A DNA stretch of 64,000 nt, from NCBI GenBank assembly GCA_004431415.1, contig QPMI01000258.1, forward strand, positions 52,598 to 116,597, read 5' to 3'. The stretch's first letter is position 1. Every line of letters starts with the position of its first letter. Shown here piece after piece: positions 37,967 to 51,131 of this stretch. A program made the position numbers and the translations under genes. The notes beneath the pieces were generated by a model that was given only the letters and a program-made list of their open reading frames with translations, was not told where the DNA came from and ran no database searches. The stretch is from Cyanophora paradoxa CCMP329. Taxonomy: Eukaryota; Plantae; Glaucophyta.

Positions 37967-39114
37967 GCGCTCCCGGCGCCTCCGCAGCCCCTGCACAGTC
38001 TTAGCTCACAGCTTCCCCCATTTGTTTTCTCTCGCGCACAATGGTAGGCCTGCACATGTGATCATGAGCCCGGCAGTAGTCCACACGCGCGCACGCGCCG
38101 TCCTTTAATCTAGCTATAGATCTCCTCCCCGGGTCCCTTCTCTCTTCCAAGTTTGTTATCTTTCGCGCGGCCCCGTGCTCGTCGCAAGGGCCCAGGCCTG
38201 CTCTGGCCTGGGGCCTTTCGGGGGCCGCGCCACAGTCTGGCGGACAGTATTCGCACCAGCAGTCTCGCCTGCTTCTGCGATGGTACGCCGCCGCACATCC
38301 CATTCACTGATTTCCTGACCAAAGGTTCTCGCCGCGGCGCGATCGGCCCTCAGGGCCTTTTGGCGGGAGGCATGCGAGGGGGGCATGCCGCGATGCAACG
38401 GTGGTCCGACGGTTACTCAGGCCTAGATCTACTGGGCTAGACTCTGAGTCTTTGAGACATCGACTCTCAGAGTCTGATCATGAGATGTCTCGGATGATGA
38501 GATCTGCGAGGCTCCACTGGGCCCCAGGGCCACTAGCCAAGCGCGCGGGCCGGGGGGCCCGGGGCCTCAGCGGCCTGGCCATGGGGATCCGATGCTCCGG
38601 AGTTGAGGGTCACCGGGTGCTAGCAATGGCATGGCCTGCCACAGGCCGCGGCCAGCTGCAGGCTGCCCCGCCGCCGCCCTCATCATGAGACTAGTACTCC
38701 GAGAGCTTCAAGCTTCTTCAGAGGGGCGAGCTCCTTCAAAACTCGAGGCTCCAGGCTCGCTGGAAGTTTATTTGCAGGTTGCCATAACTCAGTAACTTTG
38801 ATGCTCTCCGAAGTCTGAAGACTCACGGAGTCTAGCATCAACGGGCGGGGGGCAAGGGGGGTGACGCTTCCAAGGTCCGAGGGGAGAGCCCGGCCGGGCT
38901 TATCGCAGGCAAATGCGTGCGACAAACCTGCGGGGGAGCCTCAGCACTCACCGAGGGTGGCGCGGGGCCGGGCGCGCGCACGGGCCAGCCACGGCCATCT
39001 TGCGAGCGTGCCAGACGACTATTCCGCGCGCCGAGCGCAAGCAGCGGAGGGGAGAGTGCTCGACGGCGCGCTGCACGTTTCTCCAGGAGGCGCGAGGCGC
39101 GAGCGGGCCGCGCC

Positions 39115-40816
39115 TCAGCGACCCCGCGCGGCGGCGCCGGCGGCCCCGCCGCGGGCGGCGCGGAGGCGGGCGCGGAGGGCGGCCTTGTGCTGCTCGATGG
39201 CCGCCTCCTGCGCCTCCACCTCCGCCCCCGCCGCCGCCGGAGCCTCGGCAGCCGCCGGTGAAGGCCCCGCCGCTTTTCCCGCCTCCGCGCCCGGGGCAGG
39301 CCCCTCGGCGGAGGCGGTCGCTTCAAGCTGCGCTGCAGCCGCCGGATGAGGCTCGGCCGCGGGGGCCGGCTGTGGTCCCGGCTGATCCGGCGGCGCCGGC
39401 CCGGGCTCCGGCTCCGCCCCCTTCTCCGCCTCCTCCTCATCGTCCCGGATGCGGGGGTTGTAGTAGAGGATCTCCGCGGCCGCCCCCCCCTCGTCGTCCC
39501 CACCGGCAGCGCCCGCGCATCCCGCCACCTCGCCGGAGGCCGCTCCCTCGGCGGCCGCGGCGCCGGCTCCGGGCCTCCACGCGGCCACCCAGTCCGCCGG
39601 CTGCGGCGGGGCCGGCGCTGGAGCGCTCCTCTGCGGCCCCGGCCCGCCGCGGCCGCGCGGGGGCCGCGGCCGCGGCCGCTGCGCTGGAGGGGGATCGGCG
39701 GGGGCGGGGCGGGGGCGGCGCGGGGCGGGGCGGCGGGAGAGCGGACGGGGGCGAGCTCGTCGTGGAACTCGCGGCGGGAGGCGCTGCGGGGCCCGTCGTT
39801 GAAGACCCGCCCGAAGCTCGGCAGCCACCCGTCGTCCTCCTCCTCCGCCGCCCCCGCCTTCCGCTTCGCCCCGATCGAGGCTGCCCGCTGCCGTCAGCCG
39901 TGCGCACACCTTCCGAAACCTCGAGGGGCGCGCCTTCGGGAGGGGCGGCCGGGGCGGGGGCCGGAAGCGCGCTGGGCGCCTCGTCCTCGTCGTCATCGAG
40001 CATCCAGGGGGGGATCGCTCCCGTGTGGACGTTCCCCTCCCGCGGCGCGCTCGCTCCTGTCGCAAACTGAGCAGAGGCCGGGCCCCCAGCCGCGCACAGC
40101 GCGCACCGGAGGTCGCGGCGCGTCGCTCCACCCTCGAAGATGAAGCTTCTGCGGCACCACGTTGGGCGAGAGAGCGCAGGAGGGTCACACGGAGTGCCGG
40201 CGCACGCGTATAGTCCGCGGCGGGCTCGCTCGGCGCGGCGGCCTGCAGCGCCCCGGCCGCCGCCACGGCCTCAGGATCCTGCTCCAGGAGCCCTTCATCG
40301 CCGATCCTCGATACGAACTGGGCGGCGGCCGATCGGTGCGGGCCCCGCGCGCGCGCTCCGCAGGATGCCGGCGTCGGACCTCGTCGAACGCGGCCTTCTG
40401 AAGGTAGAATTTCTCTCGCAGGTCCTTCGGCGCATTTTGCTCCCGCCAGAAATCCCACACGCGCCGGTTGTGCTCCCAGCTCGCGAGGTGCTGGATATGG
40501 CGCACGCTGAAAGCAGGGGCGGTCAGAGGACCCCACAGCGCGCGGGCGGGAGACGCTCCGCGCGAGCGCACCAATGGAAACGGCTTGGGCCGTCCTTTAC
40601 CTCCACTTCGCAGAAGCGGCACCAGAATGGCGACGCCTCCTTCGCGCTCGCGTCCTTCGCGGCGGGCGTCGAGAGGAAGAAGCGGATGTCGTCGATGCGG
40701 CGGAGGTCATTCTGCAGGACCTTGGCGAGCTTCTGCTGGTGCTTCTTGCTGTAAACGTGCCGCTTGCCCTCCTCGTGGTTGCGCCGACAGACAGTGCAGA
40801 GCTGGTACGCGGGCAT
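39115..40816 (-). CDS. CCDC84: CCDC84/CENATAC (TITAN-LIKE) zinc-finger protein
   Basis: CTVCRRNHEEGKRHVYSKKH, FWCRFC, IQHLASWEH..V..FW, GNVHTGAIPPW, WLPSFGRVFNDGPR..SRREF. The 3' end is uncertain and may extend to about 38683. Confidence 0.85.
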
Positions 40817-41028
40817 ACGCCCGCTACACAAGGGACGCGTACGCCTTAGCTACAAGCGAAACACGCGCGCAAAAGAGCGCGATCTACTGGTTGGTCCGCA
40901 TGAGTGGAGAGTCGACTGTACCCGCCCTGTCCGCGAAATTCGGCGAAAACCAGCCGCAAACAGAGCTAGGCCGCGCGGCGATGGTGCGCATGCTTGCACA
41001 GTGTAAACTATGACGTGACGCTCGCCTG

Positions 41029-43194
41029 ATGTTCGGGCGCAAGAAGTCGGTGCGCAGCGGATGTTGCCGACGCCGTAATCTGGATAAGCGCTGCTGCTTC
41101 CTTAGCTATTTAACTAGCGCGCGTATATGCTTTAAAGAGACAGCGAGATGCACTGCAGGGCAGCGCGCCCATAGCGTTGCAGTGCTCCGATCAAGTCGCT
41201 GACCTCTGGCACAGAACGACGGATCCGTTGGCGGCTCCTCGTCGCAGAAAAGCTCTTCCTCTGGTGCCAAAGCGCTCGGGGAGGGCAAGGCGGAGCACGC
41301 CGGCTCGCGCAGGAGCTCGAGCGACGAGGCGGCGGCAGAGGAGAACGGGCTGCGCCTGCTCGGGGACGCGGACCACCAGGACTCGGCGCGCGCGGTTGCG
41401 CATGGCGGGGCGCCCACGGCCACGGAGATCGCGCAGTACGGCATCTACCTCGGACTCAAGTACCCGGAGGACGCCTCGCTCGTTTGGATCGCAGAGCAGG
41501 CGATCCTCGCCCCGCTGCCCGGTCCGCCCTTCCCTCCAGCGCTCGCGCTCGCACCCGTCTGCAGGGTCCGGGCGCCTGAGACATGCGTGGCGCGCAGAGG
41601 GCTGGAGCGAGCACGTCGGGCCGCACGGGCAGATCTTCTACTACCACGAGAAGACGGACACGAGCCAGGCGGAGCACCCCGCCGACGATGTCTTCCGGTG
41701 CGGGGCCGGGCCAGGGCCACCGCGAGGCGGAGAGAGGCGCCTCACGTGCACGGGGCGGGGCGCGCAGAGCCATGATCCGCGAGCTTCGGGAGAAGCGGGC
41801 GGAGAAGGCGCGGCAGCAGCGGGCGCTGGAGGAGGCGCGCGCCGCGGAGCGCAGGACGGCCCTCGTCGCCTCCCTGCGCGCCGGCGCCTCGCCCCCGACC
41901 TCGCCCTCCCACGCCGGCCCCTCCCGCTCCCCTTCCTCGCCGGCCCCGGCGGCCCCCGCCGCCGCGAAGGTCTGCACGCCGGACGAGGTGCGCGCGGGCC
42001 GGCGCGGATGCAGGCTGTCATCGGAGCTGGAAGAAGGGCTGAGGCGGGGGCAGGTGCGGGACATGGCGGGGTTCCTGGGGATCGACGTGGAGCGGGAGGC
42101 GCACCTGCTCTGGATCGCCCGCGACACCCTCCTCGCCGCCCTGCCCGCCCCCTGGAGCGAGCTCGAGGCCCGCCCCCCCGCCCCCGCACGCCCCGCCCGC
42201 ACCCCACGCCCCGCCTCACGGCGCGGCGCAGGACGAGCAGGGGTGCCCGTACTACCACAACGCGCTGACGGGGGCGACGACGCGGCAGCACCCGCTCGAC
42301 GCCCCCACGCGCGGCAAGCTCCGCCGCGTGCGCGAGCTGCTGGCGGCCCGGGGCCTGCCGCAGCCCGGGGACGAGGACCACGCCCGCCTCGTGCGCTACA
42401 TCGCCGCCTCCCCGGCCCTCGACCTCTCGGTTCGTTCGCGCGCGCATCGCGGGACGGCCCCGGGTCGCCCGCCCTCGCCTGAGATCGCGCGTGGCGCAGG
42501 TGCCGGGGCGGCGGGGGCGCCGCGGCGCGTCTGGTGGGACTTCCTGAGGGAGGTGCCCCTGGAGGGGGAGCCCGACGGCCCCGCCCGCCTGCGCGCCGCC
42601 TCCCGCATTGCCGCCGCCTACCGCGCGGCCCGCGCCCGCCGCGCGCACGGGGCGGTCCTGCGGGGTCGGCGGGCGGCGCGGGCGGCCGGCGCGCTGCCGC
42701 CGCTGGTGTCCCTCGACGTGGCGTACGAGCGCTTCCGGCGGGGGCGGGAGGCGGGGCGGGGGGCGGCGGCGGGGCCGGGGCGCGAGGCCGGCGGCGTGCA
42801 CTACGACGCCGTCGTACCCTTCTACTTCGACCTGCCGGCGCCCTCAGGACCGGGGCCGGGGCCGGGGCCGGGGCACCTCCCCCCGCGCCCCCTCGGCCCG
42901 CCCCCTTCCAACGACACCCGCTTCTGGGCAACCAAGGCGTGCCCCCGCACATGCGCCCTTTCGCCCAGCGTTCTTGACGTGACATCCGCGCGCGCAGCTC
43001 CTGAACGATTTCAAGCGGCAGACCTCCATCTCCTAGCTCGAGCTCGGGCGCCGGCCCGAGTTATTTATTCGCCCCCTTGCTGTACACTATTCAATTTGCT
43101 TATTCGGATGCTATTGCTCGTTTCGCGGTTCATCGATCCATTGATCAGTCGGCGACTTGCTCGCGAGTGCAGAGCTAGAGCGATGCTGAAATAG
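41029..43194 (+). CDS. Protein with two CEP164-like helical+WW modules and an IQ-like motif
   Basis: PTATEIAQYGIYLG..LVWIAEQAILAPLP.GW..IFYYH..HPAD; EVRDMAGFLGID..LLWIARDTLLAALPAPW..PYYHN..HPLD; AASRIAAAYRAARAR. Boundaries uncertain. Confidence 0.7.
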
Positions 43195-43365
43195 CCGGGG
43201 TGGTTCAACGTATTGCACAAGTGGCCGCGGCTTGGGGCGCGGCCGGAGGGGTCGGGGCGGGCAGCGGACTGAGGGCCCGGGTGGGTGCGGGGCGGGGGCG
43301 GGGCGGGGGAGGGTGTGGGGCGGGCGGGGCGGGCGGGGGGGCGGGGCGGGCGGGGGGAGGGGCGC

Positions 43366-46324
43366 CTAGGCCTGGGCGACGTCGTCGAGGACCTTCTTGG
43401 CGCGGGTGAGGAGCTCGACGGACTTGGCGAGGCGCTTGCGCTGCTCCCCGATGGTGCCCTCCTCCTGCAGCAGGTCCCCGAACATGGTGTCCTTGAAGAG
43501 GGTGCTGATGAGGCGCTGCTCCAGCAGGTCCTTCACCTTGTTCACCATGAAGCACATGATCGCCTTGGGCACGCCGTCGATGATGTTCGAGCGCACGATG
43601 TTGAAGTACGTCTCCAGCAGCATCCGCGTCATCTCCAGCTCGATCTGCTCCTTCTTCGTCGCGTCGTCCAGCAGCGTCAGCTTCGTCGGCACGTTCGGCA
43701 GCACGTGCTCGTCGTCGTCGTCGGCCCGCTGCGGGCGCTGCTGCGTGCGCCCCGAGAGGCGCGGCGGCTCCTTCCCCTTCTTGTCCTTCTCCCAGAACTT
43801 CCAGTCGTCCTTGTCCTTGTCCGCGCGGCGCGGGTTCGGGCTGATGTCGCGCTCCAGCCGCTTCGCCTCCTCCGCCATCGTCTGCCCCCGCCCGTCAGGC
43901 CCTGCCCGAGGCCGGCGCGGCGCCGCGCGACCAAGCGGCGCACGTCCACGAGCGAGTGGAACTTGTCGCGCACGCTGTCCTTCGCCATGCTGAAGTCCGG
44001 GTGGTCCGTGTTCACGAACCCGAGCTCCTGCGCCGCCCCGGCGTCGGCGCGGCGCGGGGCGGGGCGGGGCGGGGCCGGGGCGGACGATGTTGATGAGGTC
44101 GTCGACGACGTCCTTGGTGGGGGTCTGGGACTCGCGGAGGAGCTCGTTGGCGATCTGGGTGACGCGCATCTTGAGGTTCGGGAAGCGGTCGAGCTCGGGC
44201 GAGTCGATCGACATCAGCAGGCGCCGCAGCTCGTTGTACACGAGGTCCACGCACTCCTGCGACGGCTGCTCCAGCAGCCTCACCTGCTTCTGCGAGATCT
44301 GCCCGCCCCGGGCGTCAGCGCGAGGCGGCAGAGGCGGGGGCGGCGGGGGGCGGGCCTGGATGAAGGGCTCCTCGGGGACGAAGAGGGGGGCGGAGGTGGC
44401 GCCCATGACGTTGCGGATGCAGGTGCGGATCTGGATGTCCGTGAGGCCCTCCAGCGCGTCCAGCCGCCGCACGGTGCTTGCGAAGATGTCGTTGAAGACG
44501 TACATGATCCGCGCCCCCCCGTACCTGCCCCGCCCCCTCAGGCCCATCCGGCCCGCGGAGCCGGGGGCGGGGGCGGGCGGACAGCTCGTCGATGGGGATG
44601 TCGAGCATGGTGCCATCGAGGGCATCGCGGAAGTCCTCGGCGTACGCGGAGAGGCACTGCAGCAGGATCGCGCCCTGCTCCGCCGGCGTGTTCGGGCCCT
44701 CCCCCAGCGCCTCCAGCTGCGTCTTGTACTCCTGCTGCATGTCGTTCACCTTGCGCTTGATCTCCGGCAGCGTGTTCTTGATGTGCTCCCCCAGCATCTG
44801 CCGCCGCCGCGCATCGGCGCCCTGGCGAGGAGCGGCGGGCGGGGCGGGCCGGGGCGGGCGGGGCACCCTGGAGAGCTTCTTGGCGAGCAGCTCGGTGCCG
44901 AGGGTGTGCGTGAGGTCCTTGTACACGGGGTGCGACATGAAGAAGGCCCGCTCCGCGTCCTTGGACGCCTGAATCGACTTCCGGCTGTTGATGTCCTGCT
45001 GGCTCCGGTTCACCACCCCGATGTACCCGCGCTTCAGGGGGATCACGCGGCCCGTCAAAATGTCTGCGCGCGGCGAGACAGGTCAGACGGCGCGGCGGGC
45101 GCGGTGTGTGTCGGGCCGCGGACCGGAGGCATCTGTGCCCTTGTCCATCAGATCCAGCTTCGTGATGACACCGACTGTCCGGTTGCCTGCAGCGAAGTCA
45201 GAGAGGAAGTCATGTGAGTACGATAACAAAGAGCAGACCATCAGGGTCCACCGCGCGCGCCAGCTGCAGCGCATCGGAATTTGCCAGATCGGTGTTGGCC
45301 GCTGTGACGGCCTGCGCGGCAAATCAGGGAGGAAAAAGAGGAGAGAAAGAAGCCACGCACAAGAATGATGGAGTTCGGGCGTGTGATGAACGAGAGCACC
45401 ATATCGCGAATGATTTGATCGATGTTCACGGGCTGGTCCCCTGGCAGAAGGCGTTAGCGTGTCTGACCGAATGCTGAGAGAAGAAAATACGAACCGACAG
45501 GCACTTTCGTGAGTCCGGGCAGATCGATGAGGGTCAGATTGACGACTGCGCAGGGGATCAATTCGACAACCGAAGGGAGGGATTGACATACACACCGTGA
45601 GGAGAATAGACACGAAGTGTGATAGGGTTCGGCGAGATGACCTGCCCGTGGCCGCAAATGCGATCCGTGTCGGCGATAATCTCTTCCCGGACAGCATCCC
45701 AGTTCGTGTACTGCTGCCCCGGTCTATGCTGGAACTCGGCGTATTCTGCAGGCGGAGTGAGCAATGCGCCAGCGGCGAGAATGTGAAGCGGCGGCGCGCC
45801 TTGTGTGCCTTGGGCGGTTTGGAACATCTGCAGGATACAGGGGCGACGAGTAACCAGCCCAGAGCCTCTGCAATGAGAGGACGCATGATTAAACTGCGGA
45901 ATGCACAACGTGGCCAGCGCGCAAACCGTGGCAAGAAATCGCGGCCTGCGTTTCGCCGTCAACAGTGCGAGCATGCGCGGCACGAGTGGCGGGGCACACC
46001 GACGAAGTTCTCCAGCACGGAGGATTTGCCCGACGACTGCCCGCCGACGACCGCTGCAAGTATACAATCAGACAGCCGAAGGCGCAGCCTCGGCAGCGGG
46101 GCCGCGGCCCACGCTCGAAACTCGAACGACATGCACAGAAGATGCTAGCAAGCTGGAAACGCACCGATTTGCGGAAGGTCGATGAGTTCATTCGGAGCCA
46201 TGCCCACTTGAGACAAGACATCCTTCGCGCGGCAGTCAAACACGGCCGCTGCATGAGAAAACACGCAAGATTAGCACACCTGAAGCCTGTTGACGAGCTG
46301 GATGAGGTCGTCGAGCTGCGCCAT
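43366..46324 (-). CDS. Dynamin-related GTPase (GTPase, middle and GED domains, no PH; Vps1/DRP1-like)
   Basis: LPQI.VVGGQSSGKSSVLE, GLVTRRP, LTLIDLPGLTK, TKLDLMD, GVVNRSQ, YGGARI, FVPE, YFNIVR.NIIDGVPKAIMCFMVN. Confidence 0.95.
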
Positions 46325-46538
46325 GGCGGCGGACTACGGAAGTGGTTCGCTGCCTGCGCGCTGCCGCCGGAGCTTCGCTGGTTCACGCGGCGAGCCCGTA
46401 CCTACGCCGCTTCGCCTGACACGGGCTACGTGGAGGCGGTCGGTCACCGGTACCTATGAATCGAACGACGTACCCCGAGCGAGTCCGGGTCCGAGCCGGG
46501 AGTCGGGTCTCTGTTGCGGCCCACAGTTCTTGGCCGCA

Positions 46539-49500
46539 ATGGACAAGCTTGTGAGCGACCCCCCGGCTCGTTTGTAACGCGCTGAACTGCTCGCAGATCC
46601 CGCTCATCAATAGTCTCCAAGATGTCTTGTGAGTCCTCCTGCCGCTGGCCGCGGCGCGCGAATTCGGCGACGCAGAACGCGCTAACATCACTTCGCAGTG
46701 CCCATCTTGGACTGACTTTCATCGACCTGCCGCAAATCGCGGTGCGCGGGTTTGCGTTCCACCTGAGCGCGCCCACCTGAAAGTCGAGCCACTCGTTCCG
46801 CCGTTCTCGTAGGTCGTCGGAGCCCAGTCTAGCGGCAAGTCTAGGTGTGTTTCTCGCCGCCGACCCCTCGCTCGTCCAGCGCCCGACCGCCCCGCAGTGT
46901 GCTCGAGAATGTCGTCGGCATCGATTTCCTTCCGCGTGGGTCCGGCATCGGTATGTCAGAAGTAGTTGTAGAGCGCGCTCCTGGTGTCGGTTGACCTGTC
47001 GCTCCGCAGTCACTCGCCGCCCTCTCGTTCTCCAGCTGTACAATCAGCCGGGGAGCGGTATGCGCGCTTAAATCGCATGCGCTCGATGCTTTCATTCATA
47101 GCTTGCGTCGCTCAGAGGAGTATGCCGAGTTCTTGCATGCCCCGGGCCGAAAGTGGTACAACTTCGAGGAGGTCCGCCAGGAAATCGTCGCGGATACTGA
47201 TCGCAAGACCGGCGGCAACCTCGGTATCTCTAATGATCCCATCAATCTGAAAATCTACTCGCCCAATGGTACGTTCGCGCTCCGCTTGTGATTTGATCCG
47301 CTCATTCTTTCGCCTCCCAGTTGTTAACCTTACGCTTGTCGATCTTCCTGGGCTGACGAAAGTGCCCGTCGGTGCGTGGGGGACCTTTACGCATCGCGCG
47401 GGCTTCTTGCTCACACACGCAAAGGGAACCAGCCTGCGGACATCGACCAGCAAATTCGCAACATGGTGATACACCACATTTCCAAGAAGAACACCATTAT
47501 TCTGGTCCGTTGGACAGTTTTCCAGGTCTCTGCTGTGAGCTGAACTCCGTGCAGGCCGTCACTGCCGCCAACACCGATCTTGCCAACTCCGACGCGCTCC
47601 AGCTCGGCAAGCAGGTCGACCCCGAGGGTGCTTTTCTACTCTTTGACCCTCTTTTCTTTCTTCGAGCTCACTTCTGTCGCAGGCGACCGCACTGTCGGCG
47701 TGCTGACGAAGCTGGACCTGATGGACCAAGGGACGGACGCCGGGGACATTCTCTCCGGGAAGACCCTGCCCCTCAAGCGCGGCTACATCGGCATCGTCAA
47801 CCGCAGCCAGAAGGACATCAACGACCGGCGCAGCATGGCCAACGCGAGGCAGAAGGAGCTCGAGTACTTCCACTCGCACCCCGTGTACAACCAGATGATG
47901 CACTGCTGCGGCACCTCCGTTCTCTCGACCAATCTGAACAAGGCACGCCGCCCGCCTCTCGCCCGAAACCTACGCTCCTGACCGCCCCCGCCTCGCAGAT
48001 CCTCATCCAGCACATCAAGACGAACCTGCCGGAGATTCGGCGTACCGTCGAGACCAAGCTGGACTCTGTGATGAAGGAGCTGGACGAGCTGGGCGGCCCT
48101 CGCTCCGATGACAAGGTCGGCCCCCGGCGCTCAGGGCTCCTCCCCGGCACCCTCTCACGAAACCGTCCTCTTAGAAAACGGAGCTGGTCAAGCTGCTGAA
48201 GAAGTATGCGAACGAGTTCCGTGCGGTGATCGAGGGCAAGTCCCAGGAGGTGTGGCTGACGAGCGGCGAGCTGTGCGTGCCCCCCCGCCCCGCCCTCCCG
48301 CGCCGCTGGCGGCGAGCCCCGCCGCAGGAAGGGAGGGGCGCGCATTCGTTACATCTTCACGGACATCTTCGTGCCCGCCATCCAGGAGCTCAACCCGCTC
48401 GAGGGCCTGAAGGACGAGGGTCCGCCCTGTCCATCCGGGGGTCCGGCGGGCGGCGCTGAGGGGCCTTGGGGGCAGAGATCATCAACGTGATCCGGAACGG
48501 GGCGGGCGTGAGCGGCGTGGGGACGATGCTGGTGCCGCGGATCGTGATCTCGCTGATCCAGCGGACGCTGGCGCGGTTCAAGGACCCGAGCCAGGAGTGC
48601 ATCAAGCTGGTGCGGGACGAGCTGCTCAAGATCTCGACGATGTGCGGGACGAAGCCGCTCTCCCGCTACGAGGACCTGCGCTCCGCCGTCCTCAACGAGG
48701 TCACCAACTACCTCAACCAGCAGTACACCCTCTGCCTCACCAAGGTCAACAACATCATCGAGATGCAGATGTCCTTCATCAACCTCGGTCCGCCCCGCCC
48801 GCCGCCCCGCCCTCGCCCGCGCCGCCCCCGCGCGCCCCTCTCTGACGTCAGGGCAGAGCACCCGGAGTGCCAGCGGGTGATCATGGCGATCAACCAGGAC
48901 CCGTCGCTGCTGACCAAGAAGGACGGCTTCTTCAAGAAGACCGAGAAGTTCGTCAAGAGCATCGTGCGCCCCGCCCCGCCCCGCCCCGCCGGCGACGCGC
49001 GCCCCGCCGACGCGCCCTGCAGCCGGTGCCCGACGTGGGGAAGAAGGACATCTCGCGGGAGACGAACGCGGTGAACCCAAGCGAGTCGCAGCGGAACCTG
49101 GCGGGGCAGACCAAGGCCGGCTGGCTTGAGAAGCAGGGCGCCAACTTCAAGGGGTGGAAGAAGCGCTACTTCCTGTACGACGGGACGCACTTCCACTGGT
49201 TCAACACCGACCAGAAGGGCGAGAAGGCCCGCGGCTCGCTCCCCATGCGGGACGCCCAGGTCCGCGAGGTCAACGGCAAGGACGGTGCGCCCCGCCGAGG
49301 CCCCCGCGCGCGCCCGCCCGCCCGCCGGGCGGCGCCGACCGACGCGGCGCAGGCTTCGTGTTCAGCGTCCGGACGCGGGAGCGCGAGATGTCGCTCCGCG
49401 CCGACACCGACAAGGAGCGCCGCGAGTGGGTCGCCCTCCTCAGCGCCTCCGGCCAGCCAGTGCGTCTTGCGCAGCGCCGCCCGCCCCGCCCCGCTGCGGG

Positions 49501-51131
49501 CGGCGCCGAGCGGTGCGCAGCTGCAGGACGAGCAGAAGGACGAGGAAGACGAGGAGGCAAAGCGGAAGGCGGACAAGGACAAGAAGAAGAAGGAGAAGGA
49601 GGAGGAGGAGGAGCGCGAGCGCGAGGAGAAGGAGCGTGAGAAGCGGGAGAAGAAGGGCCAGGGCCCGGACCCCTCGAAGATGTTCGGGGGCCAGTTCACG
49701 CAGCCGCCGAAGCCCGTCCGCAAGGTGGTCAACTACAGCGGCGGCTCGTCGGGCCCGACGAAGCGGCAGCCGCGGCGGCGCGGGGGCAGCCTCCTCGCCC
49801 GCTACCCCGTCCCCGAACACCTCCAGATCCACCTTCCCGACGTCCGCTGCCCCTCCAGCCCCTCCCGGGGCCCGCCATCCCGCTGACCCCCGCCCCGCAG
49901 GTCCCCTACTCAATCCGCCCGCCCGTCGCCCAGCGCGAGCTGCAGATGCTCGCCACCGCCAGTGCGCCCCGCCCCGCCCTCCGTGCTCAAGGCGGCCCGG
50001 CGCCTATACGAATGGGCGCGCAGAGGCGCAGCTGGGGGCGTACTTCCACGTGGTGCGGAAGATCGTGCGGGACTTGGTGCCCAAGTCGGCGATGAACTTC
50101 ATGGTGAACGAGGCCAAGCTCGGCATGTCCTTCCTCGTCGGTGTCATGTCCGCCAAGGCGAGCCCGCCCCCGCCCGCCCCGCCCGAGCCCTCCCCCCACC
50201 GGCTGACGATCCGCGCAGGACAACCTGGACGAGCTGATGCGCGAGTCGTCGGCGATCGCGGCGCAGCGGGACAAGCTCGACCAGCAGCTGAAGGCGCTGC
50301 AGCGTGCGCAGAAGATCCTGCAGGAGGCGCAGAACCTCGACGAGGGCTCCGTCGCCTCCGGCATGAAGAAGCTCGACCTCCCGCCCCCGGGCTCCCTCCC
50401 CTCCTTCCCCGCCCCCTCCCCGCCCACCTCCTTCTCCGCCCCGCCCACCTCCGCCCCGCCCCTCCCCGCCCGCCCCGCCGCCCCCGCCGGGCCGGGCTTC
50501 TTCCCGGGCAGCCAGCCGGCGCCGGGGCCCCCGTCGCCGCCGCGGCCGCGCCGGCGCCGGGAGGCTTCGGCTTCCCGCAGGCGGCCCCCGCCGCGCCGGC
50601 GCCGGGCTACCCCGGCTTCCCCGGGCGGCGCCGGGGCAGCCGAACCCCTTCTTCGCGGCGCAGCAGGCGGCGCAGCAGGCGGCGCAGCAGGCCGGCCAGC
50701 AGGCAGTGAACACGGCGGCGGCGGTGGGCACGCAGGCGGCGGCGGCGCACCTCGCGGCGCAGTACGGCCTGCCGCAGGGGGCGGCGTCGGCGGCGGCGTC
50801 GGCGGCGACGCCGGCGGTGGCGAACGCGATGACCAACGCGGCGGCGGCGGCGATCGCGTCGAAGCCCAACCCGGCCGCCTACCTCTCCTCCATCCCCGGC
50901 GGGGTCACCCTCCCCACCTCCTCCTCCCCCACCGGCGTCCGCCCGGGCTCCCCCGAGACGCCCACGGGGGCGGCCGGCGCCAAGCCCACCGACTGGATGT
51001 CCATGTTCGCCTCGGCGCGGGGCGCGGCCGGCGGTCCTGCCGTCACCAAGTCCCCCTCCATCCCGGAGGCGCTCAGCAAGAACACGCCGGCGGCGCCCGC
51101 CATGCCCTCCTTCCCCTTCATGAAGAAGTGA
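46539..51131 (+). CDS. Dynamin with PH domain, GED and proline-rich tail (classical dynamin-like architecture)
   Basis: [35 protein letters not shown]; PH domain [35 protein letters not shown]; [26 protein letters not shown]; Pro/Ala-rich tail with NPFF. Confidence 0.92.
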
